A DNA stretch of 32,000 nucleotides from Candidatus Hermodarchaeota archaeon (lineage in GTDB: Archaea; Asgardarchaeota; Heimdallarchaeia; Hodarchaeales; Hodarchaeaceae). How positions within the stretch are numbered: the stretch's first letter is position 1; the number at the start of each line of letters is the position of its first letter. The position numbers and the translations under genes are program-made. The stretch lies in contig JBHLKY010000025.1 of the NCBI GenBank assembly GCA_048886185.1, positions 21,125 through 53,124 on the forward strand, given 5' to 3'. Positions 26,890 through 32,000 of this stretch are shown here, in pieces. The notes beneath the pieces were generated by a model. It was not told the DNA's origin. It saw only the letters and a list, made by a program, of their open reading frames with translations, and searched no databases.

Positions 26890-27121
26890 TTGTACACTTC
26901 TCTTTTCAGTAAATAAAAACTCAAGGTTTTCTGTATTAATATCTTATCTAGATTTTGTTTTAGATATAGCAGTATATTTCGATATCATGTCAGAAAGACT
27001 TCCTAATGCCAGTATTTTTTTGATTTTAATAAAAAAAGTACTTAATCAAGAAATCAATTCAGAGAGAAATAAAACTCATAAGGGAAAAAGATAAAAACTC
27101 TCCTCTCCTCTATTTGGATTA

Positions 27122-28687
27122 ATGAATGAAATTGAATACCAGATTATAGATGTTTATGATTGTAACAACCTCAAGGAAGGAGTTTTGCAAAATTTACCAG
27201 CTTACTTAAGAGTTTCTTTTAATATAGAGAGGGATACAAAATATACCTTCATTGTAGAGTCTCCTAGCGGTGATATTACTGGGAATATTTCAGGTGATGC
27301 ACGTCCAGGTTTCAATCATCATTGGCGGATACCAAATCTTGAACAAGCAGGAAATTGGAAAATAAAAATTATTTTACACTTTGATAGCCCAAGAGAAGCG
27401 ATTCAAAAGACTATTGCAATTCAAGTCCCTTCAGAGTTATTCGAAGATCGTTTTGAGGATGAGGATTCTGAGGAGGATGATTATTTAGCTGAATTAAGCA
27501 TGCCAACTCAGGATGAAATTCAATATGTCGATGTAACTTCCAGATTAGCTGAACTAGATGCTCATTGGTTGCAAATTGAACCCAAATTGAAAATCTGGCG
27601 ATATATTTATCAAGATGCGGAAAGTAAGCTAGAAAAAGAACGTTTTGTTCCATTTTTACTTGTCCACGGATTTCATTCTCATTATTCAACTTGGAATTGG
27701 ATGGTAAGATATCTTTGGGCTGATGGATTTCGGAATATTTTTGCTATGGCTTTATACGATGATTCTCTAGGAGTAGAAACGAATACGCATCATTTAGAAA
27801 AGGTCATCGACGAAATATTAGAGTTAACCAATAGTAAAGACATATATCTGATTGGACACTCATTAGGAGGTTTGATTGGTAGATTTTTTGTTAAAACATT
27901 TGATCCCAAGAAAATCAAACTACTCATTACGATTGGATCTCCTCATATATGCGGATTATCGCGCTTACCAAGGTTGGTTGCTTTTAATATAATTAATCGA
28001 AGAGCTCAAATAACTAAACGAGATCTTGAATTACATCCATCAAGCACAGTAAAACAAACTCAGCAAATATTTACTGAAGCAGATTTGTATGTTTCATCGA
28101 TGGTAAATATTTGTGGTACGAAGGTTCGTGGAGGAGATACAGGCTTCAAGTTTAAAGATAACCTTGTTCCCGATATGATAAACTTGGGAGTAAATTATAT
28201 TCACACCTCATTGCATAAGAATAAGGATACTTACAAAATCATTCGCAATTTAATTATTGGAAAATCGATAATCTATAAGATTCGATTGTTATACATTGCA
28301 CCTACAAGTGAGTCCCCTAAAAAAACAAAGCTCTGCCTCTATTTGAAACCAAAGGATAAAAAGGATTACCAGCGGTATCCAGTTAAAGGTTTCATTCAAT
28401 TAGAAAAAAATGAACCTTACATTCCCCAAATTCCAATGATCATATTTACTAATTTAAGAGATGAAAAAAAAGTAAAGAATGAGCATTTCGAGATCGAGAT
28501 ACGTGATCAAAGAAATAAATTAATGGTGAAAGATGAAATTATTTTTGCTCTTGGGGAAAAGGAAAAAGTTAGCGATCATTTCAGTATAGAAACTGGGAGA
28601 GGATATAGAATTCAGTTTGCAGTATATTCCTATAGACTCCATTATAGCCTAGAGGGAAATGTTCGTGACTTACTTTGTGAAGAATAA
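27122..28687 (+). CDS. Alpha/beta hydrolase (lipase/esterase-like) with extra N- and C-terminal domains
   Basis: LLVHGF oxyanion motif, GHSLGG nucleophile elbow, ITIGSPH, DNLVP (Asp), YIHTSLH (His). Confidence 0.8.
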   Translation: MNEIEYQIIDVYDCNNLKEGVLQNLPAYLRVSFNIERDTKYTFIVESPSGDITGNISGDARPGFNHHWRIPNLEQAGNWKIKIILHFDSPREAIQKTIAIQVPSELFEDRFEDEDSEEDDYLAELSMPTQDEIQYVDVTSRLAELDAHWLQIEPKLKIWRYIYQDAESKLEKERFVPFLLVHGFHSHYSTWNWMVRYLWADGFRNIFAMALYDDSLGVETNTHHLEKVIDEILELTNSKDIYLIGHSLGGLIGRFFVKTFDPKKIKLLITIGSPHICGLSRLPRLVAFNIINRRAQITKRDLELHPSSTVKQTQQIFTEADLYVSSMVNICGTKVRGGDTGFKFKDNLVPDMINLGVNYIHTSLHKNKDTYKIIRNLIIGKSIIYKIRLLYIAPTSESPKKTKLCLYLKPKDKKDYQRYPVKGFIQLEKNEPYIPQIPMIIFTNLRDEKKVKNEHFEIEIRDQRNKLMVKDEIIFALGEKEKVSDHFSIETGRGYRIQFAVYSYRLHYSLEGNVRDLLCEE

Positions 28688-28790
28688 AAGAATTTCTTCA
28701 TAGTTATTTTTTTGAGCAATATTCTTTCAGATAAAAAGTAGAAGATGATATTTAGTAAGAAACACAGGAAAAAAATTATTAGTATAAACA

Positions 28791-29687
28791 TTAGTTATTA
28801 GCTTTTGATTCAAGAAACTGTTGAATATGCTTAGGAGGAACCCGTGTAAGTTTTTGAAGAATTTTATTAAATTCCTTTTCATTTTTTAATGGTACCTTGA
28901 TTCTCTCGATCTTCTTGTTGAATTTAAGCTCGAGAAATTCGATGTAATATTTCTCTGTAATTAGGAAAAGACCCCGTATTGAGTGCATAATTTCATTAGT
29001 TATTTCTCTAGCTTTTAGAAAGAAATCAGGATCATCCTCGAACCAACCGTCTTGACGAGAATACTGATGAAAATATAAGGGTTCACCAAAAGAAATAGAG
29101 ATGAATGATCCAAATTTGGGTAGAATCGTCCCCGGTTTTAAAGCCTCAGATGTACCATGGATGTATACTGGTATGACAGGAATTTCACCGTTTGTAGTTA
29201 GTATAATTCTCCCTACTCCTGTTCGTCCTTCTTTAGCTAAACTAAAGTAGTCATGAAACGGAGTTCGATGGATCCTTCTACCTTGGGGAGTTATTAAAAC
29301 AGCGAATCCATCAAGAATAGATTTACTGACATAATCAAGGGTTGGTTTGGGATTGTTACTGAAGATAGGAATTCCTCCTAGTATTAGCATTAATCGGCCA
29401 AGAAATGTCTCTAGCAAAATCTTTCCAGATGCAATAAATCCAAGAAATCTTCTAGGTCCGAAAGGAGCAAGAATAGCACTAATAAGTATGATTCCGTCTA
29501 GATGAGATTGATGGTTAACACAAAAAATCACTCCTCTTCCTTCAGGAAATTCAAAAGTATTTTCGATATTTTTTACTTCAAGACGGAATAGTATCCGAGT
29601 GATGCGTGGTAGAACAGGTGTTAACGAGAGATAGAAAGCTTTCCTGAGAAAAGACCACTGTTTATAAGAATTAAACTTGATTGACAT
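28791..29687 (-). CDS. Lysophospholipid acyltransferase (PlsC/LPLAT family)
   Basis: NHQSHLD (HxxxxD), TPQGRR, GVGRI, IPVIPVYIHG. Start moved to ATG 29687 (AGGTG upstream) because the track start overlaps the ligase gene. Confidence 0.85.
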   Translation of the reverse strand: MSIKFNSYKQWSFLRKAFYLSLTPVLPRITRILFRLEVKNIENTFEFPEGRGVIFCVNHQSHLDGIILISAILAPFGPRRFLGFIASGKILLETFLGRLMLILGGIPIFSNNPKPTLDYVSKSILDGFAVLITPQGRRIHRTPFHDYFSLAKEGRTGVGRIILTTNGEIPVIPVYIHGTSEALKPGTILPKFGSFISISFGEPLYFHQYSRQDGWFEDDPDFFLKAREITNEIMHSIRGLFLITEKYYIEFLELKFNKKIERIKVPLKNEKEFNKILQKLTRVPPKHIQQFLESKANN

Positions 29688-29736
29688 TAAGAGAGAACAC
29701 CTTGTTCTTGAGAAAGGTAAATTTGGTATAATAAAG

Positions 29737-31449
29737 TTACTTAGACACCTCTTCTTCTCGTAAAGCTCTTTTAAGTACTTTTCCAACAATCGATAGAGGT
29801 AATTCCTCTTTAAATACCCATAATGTTGGTTTTTCATACTTAGATAAATTTTCAATCGCATAGTGTTTAATATCTTCTTCCACATCGTAAGTTGGTTTTA
29901 CTCCCTTTTTTAATTTAACATAAGCTTTTACAAGCTGGCTTCCAGGACGATTTGGATCATCTACACCAACAACTGCAGCCAATTCAATGTCAGGATGCTT
30001 CGTTAATATATCTTCAACATGAACACTGAACACTTTGTACCCACTGATTATCAACATATCTTTAATTCTATCAACAATCTGAATATACCCATCCTCGTCC
30101 ATGATACCAACGTCTCCCGTATGAATCCATCCATCTTTAATTACCCTCTCTGTAGCTTCTTGATCTTTAAAATATCCGCGAAATATAGAAGGTCCTTTAA
30201 TTAAAATCTCTCCAGGTTCCCCAGTACCTAAATCTTCCTCAGATTCGATATCAACTATTCTAACAGACGTATCAGGAAGAGGTAATCCGATCTTACCAAC
30301 CTTCTTCTTTCCATAAAACGGATTAGAAATATTTGTCGTAGTTTCTGTCATCCCATATAGTTCCATGACCTTATTCTCCGCTTTCATATGCTTTTCAAAG
30401 TCACGAATCATTTCAGCAGGAAAGGGAGCAGCTGCAGAAACGTAGGTTGTAACATTATCTAATACTTCCTGGGGTATATCTTTGGATTTAGGGTTGTTCA
30501 TTACCATTCCATAAAGCGTGGGAACATTCCCCAATATAGTGGGTTTTTTCTCGATCAGTTGCTTGATAAAATGATCTGTGTCTCGGGGATTTGGAATAAG
30601 AATCTGACTACTAGCTATCCAGACAGCTTGAGTTGCGACTATTAATCCTCCAATATGGAATGTAGGGAAAGCTGACAGGGCTATTTCTTCCCCATCCTTA
30701 AAATCACACCAATGAGTAAATTGAACATGCATAGCAATGAAGTTACTATGAGTTAGTTCAGCGCCTTTTGGAGATCCAGTGGTGCCACCTGTATATTGTA
30801 ACAGAGCTAGATCCTTGTTTACATCAATAGTGACATTTTTCAAATCAATTGATGTGTTTTTCATAATTTTTGAGAATTTAACGACCTTCATCCCTGGCCA
30901 ATCATCCACCTTCCCTTTTGGAATTTTTCCTATTAATTTTCCAATGAAAATGGCAATTTTATTGAGGCCCATAAATTCAGAGATATTTGTGGCAATAATT
31001 AACTTGAGAGAAGGGAGAACCTCCAACATTTTCTTCAATCGCTTGTCATAGATGACATCCATAGTAACGATAACTTTACTCCGACTATTTCGTAATTGAT
31101 AGGCACATTCGTTTTCACTTAGAAGAGGATTCAAGCCCGAGGCAATTGCACCAATAAGAAGAGTTCCAAAGTGAGCAATGAGAGATTGTGGACAATTTGG
31201 TAAACAAATAGTGACAACATCCCCTTTATTAACTCCATTTTGCTGTAAAAAAGAAGCAAACTTTCTCACTTGTACCAAAAGCTCGCCATAAGTGATCTCA
31301 CGATTCATCATCCAGCAGGCAGGTTTATTAGGAAATTTTGCCATAGCTCGGGTGTAAAGAACACCGAGACTTTCAGTAGGGTACTCCAAAGTACTCTTTA
31401 CATGTGGATCCCATGATTTCATCCACAAATCTGGAGTAATTTCAGTCAT
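29737..31449 (-). CDS. Long-chain fatty acid-CoA ligase (AMP-forming)
   Basis: LQYTGGTTGSPKG, LYGMTE, GEILIKGP, HTGD, DRIKD, VGKVLK. Confidence 0.92.
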   Translation of the reverse strand: MTEITPDLWMKSWDPHVKSTLEYPTESLGVLYTRAMAKFPNKPACWMMNREITYGELLVQVRKFASFLQQNGVNKGDVVTICLPNCPQSLIAHFGTLLIGAIASGLNPLLSENECAYQLRNSRSKVIVTMDVIYDKRLKKMLEVLPSLKLIIATNISEFMGLNKIAIFIGKLIGKIPKGKVDDWPGMKVVKFSKIMKNTSIDLKNVTIDVNKDLALLQYTGGTTGSPKGAELTHSNFIAMHVQFTHWCDFKDGEEIALSAFPTFHIGGLIVATQAVWIASSQILIPNPRDTDHFIKQLIEKKPTILGNVPTLYGMVMNNPKSKDIPQEVLDNVTTYVSAAAPFPAEMIRDFEKHMKAENKVMELYGMTETTTNISNPFYGKKKVGKIGLPLPDTSVRIVDIESEEDLGTGEPGEILIKGPSIFRGYFKDQEATERVIKDGWIHTGDVGIMDEDGYIQIVDRIKDMLIISGYKVFSVHVEDILTKHPDIELAAVVGVDDPNRPGSQLVKAYVKLKKGVKPTYDVEEDIKHYAIENLSKYEKPTLWVFKEELPLSIVGKVLKRALREEEVSK

Positions 31450-31759
31450 ATCGCAAGCCCCAAATCATCTTATTCAGGTAAAGGTGAATAATGCAGCTAA
31501 TAACTTGATTTAAAATAACATGTCACAATTTTGATGACAATAATATATTTTTCGCCATATTTTGATGATACTGGTGCTATCCTATGCTTAACATACTAAA
31601 CCTCATTTTATCTCCAAATTGGTGTTGAAATGTCTGGAGAAGTTGAATTGGATTGAAATACATACCTGAAGGAGCGTAATTAGAGGATCATAACAAGGAG
31701 CTTAAGCTTACACTTAATTAAAGAATATCATTCAATAAAGCTTAACCACTCTCTCTCAT

Positions 31760-31893
31760 TAAGTGATTATTAAATCAAAATGACATCAATAAATAGTAAT
31801 CAACTACACTTTTGTCTGGAAAGCAGTTTCTAAATATAGGACTCCAAAATTATTTCTCAGATTTGAGGAACTTATAAGTGATTAAATCAAAAT
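31760..31893. repeat. Imperfect direct repeat TAAGTGATT(ATT)AAATCAAAAT with palindromic TGATT...AATCA core
   Basis: Copies at 31760-31781 and 31875-31893; partial inverted copy TTGATTTAA at 31505-31513. Confidence 0.4.
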
Positions 31894-32000
31894 ACCTACA
31901 TAAATCATTCTATTCTTCTAATGTTTCTGTGAGATTCTCCTTCTCATAAATTGTGTCATTACCACTATAACAGGACATGCTAGGATTAGGATGAAAATAA

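Noticed and set aside
4046-29290. Possible reassignment of CAA, since several conserved Glu/Lys positions read Gln via CAA (GDH, HyfE, HRGIQ, TPQG)
   Set aside because: CAA also encodes strictly conserved Gln (malic enzyme HDDQQGT, HdrA QAVP), so these are individual substitutions.
29688-29885. 66-aa N-terminal extension of the acyltransferase given by the track
   Set aside because: It overlaps the ligase 3' end in another frame, and the RBS supports ATG 29687.
201-31051. The many short (60-120 aa) antisense or overlapping ORFs in the track
   Set aside because: They lie opposite or inside well-supported genes and have no recognisable motifs; treated as shadow ORFs.
1-32000. CRISPR arrays, tRNA/rRNA genes, IS elements or integrases
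   Set aside because: No regularly spaced repeats, cloverleaf or rRNA-like segments, or transposase/integrase motifs were seen by eye.

Overview
Anaerobic energy-metabolism region of a low-GC archaeon. The archaeal call rests on MvhADG/HdrA, an archaeal-type malic enzyme and GAGGTGA/AGGAG ribosome-binding sites; an Asgard-like origin is an inference. (1) At 1-5734, a minus-strand run of a Glu/Leu/Phe/Val dehydrogenase whose catalytic Lys is replaced by Gln, a stand-alone TIR-domain protein and a tandem double-HdrA gene (missed by the ORF track because it runs off the window edge), facing a divergent duplicated Lrp-like regulator. (2) At 6098-15422, a tightly packed 11-gene minus-strand operon for a membrane-bound group 4 [NiFe] hydrogenase that also encodes a 4x[4Fe-4S] ferredoxin, malic enzyme, HdrB and a cysteine-free 'mini-HdrC', with a divergent HycI-like protease. 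This is the most unusual system in the window. (3) At 16729-22825, a soluble hdrD-hdrA-mvhD-mvhG-mvhA operon preceded by a candidate structured RNA. (4) At 22876-31449, an M28/DUF4910 peptidase, a second hydrogenase protease with no canonical start codon, and a lipid cluster (desaturase-like oxidoreductase, lipase, PlsC-like acyltransferase, acyl-CoA ligase). I saw no rRNA, tRNA, CRISPR array or mobile element. All family assignments come from motif reading, not database searches.
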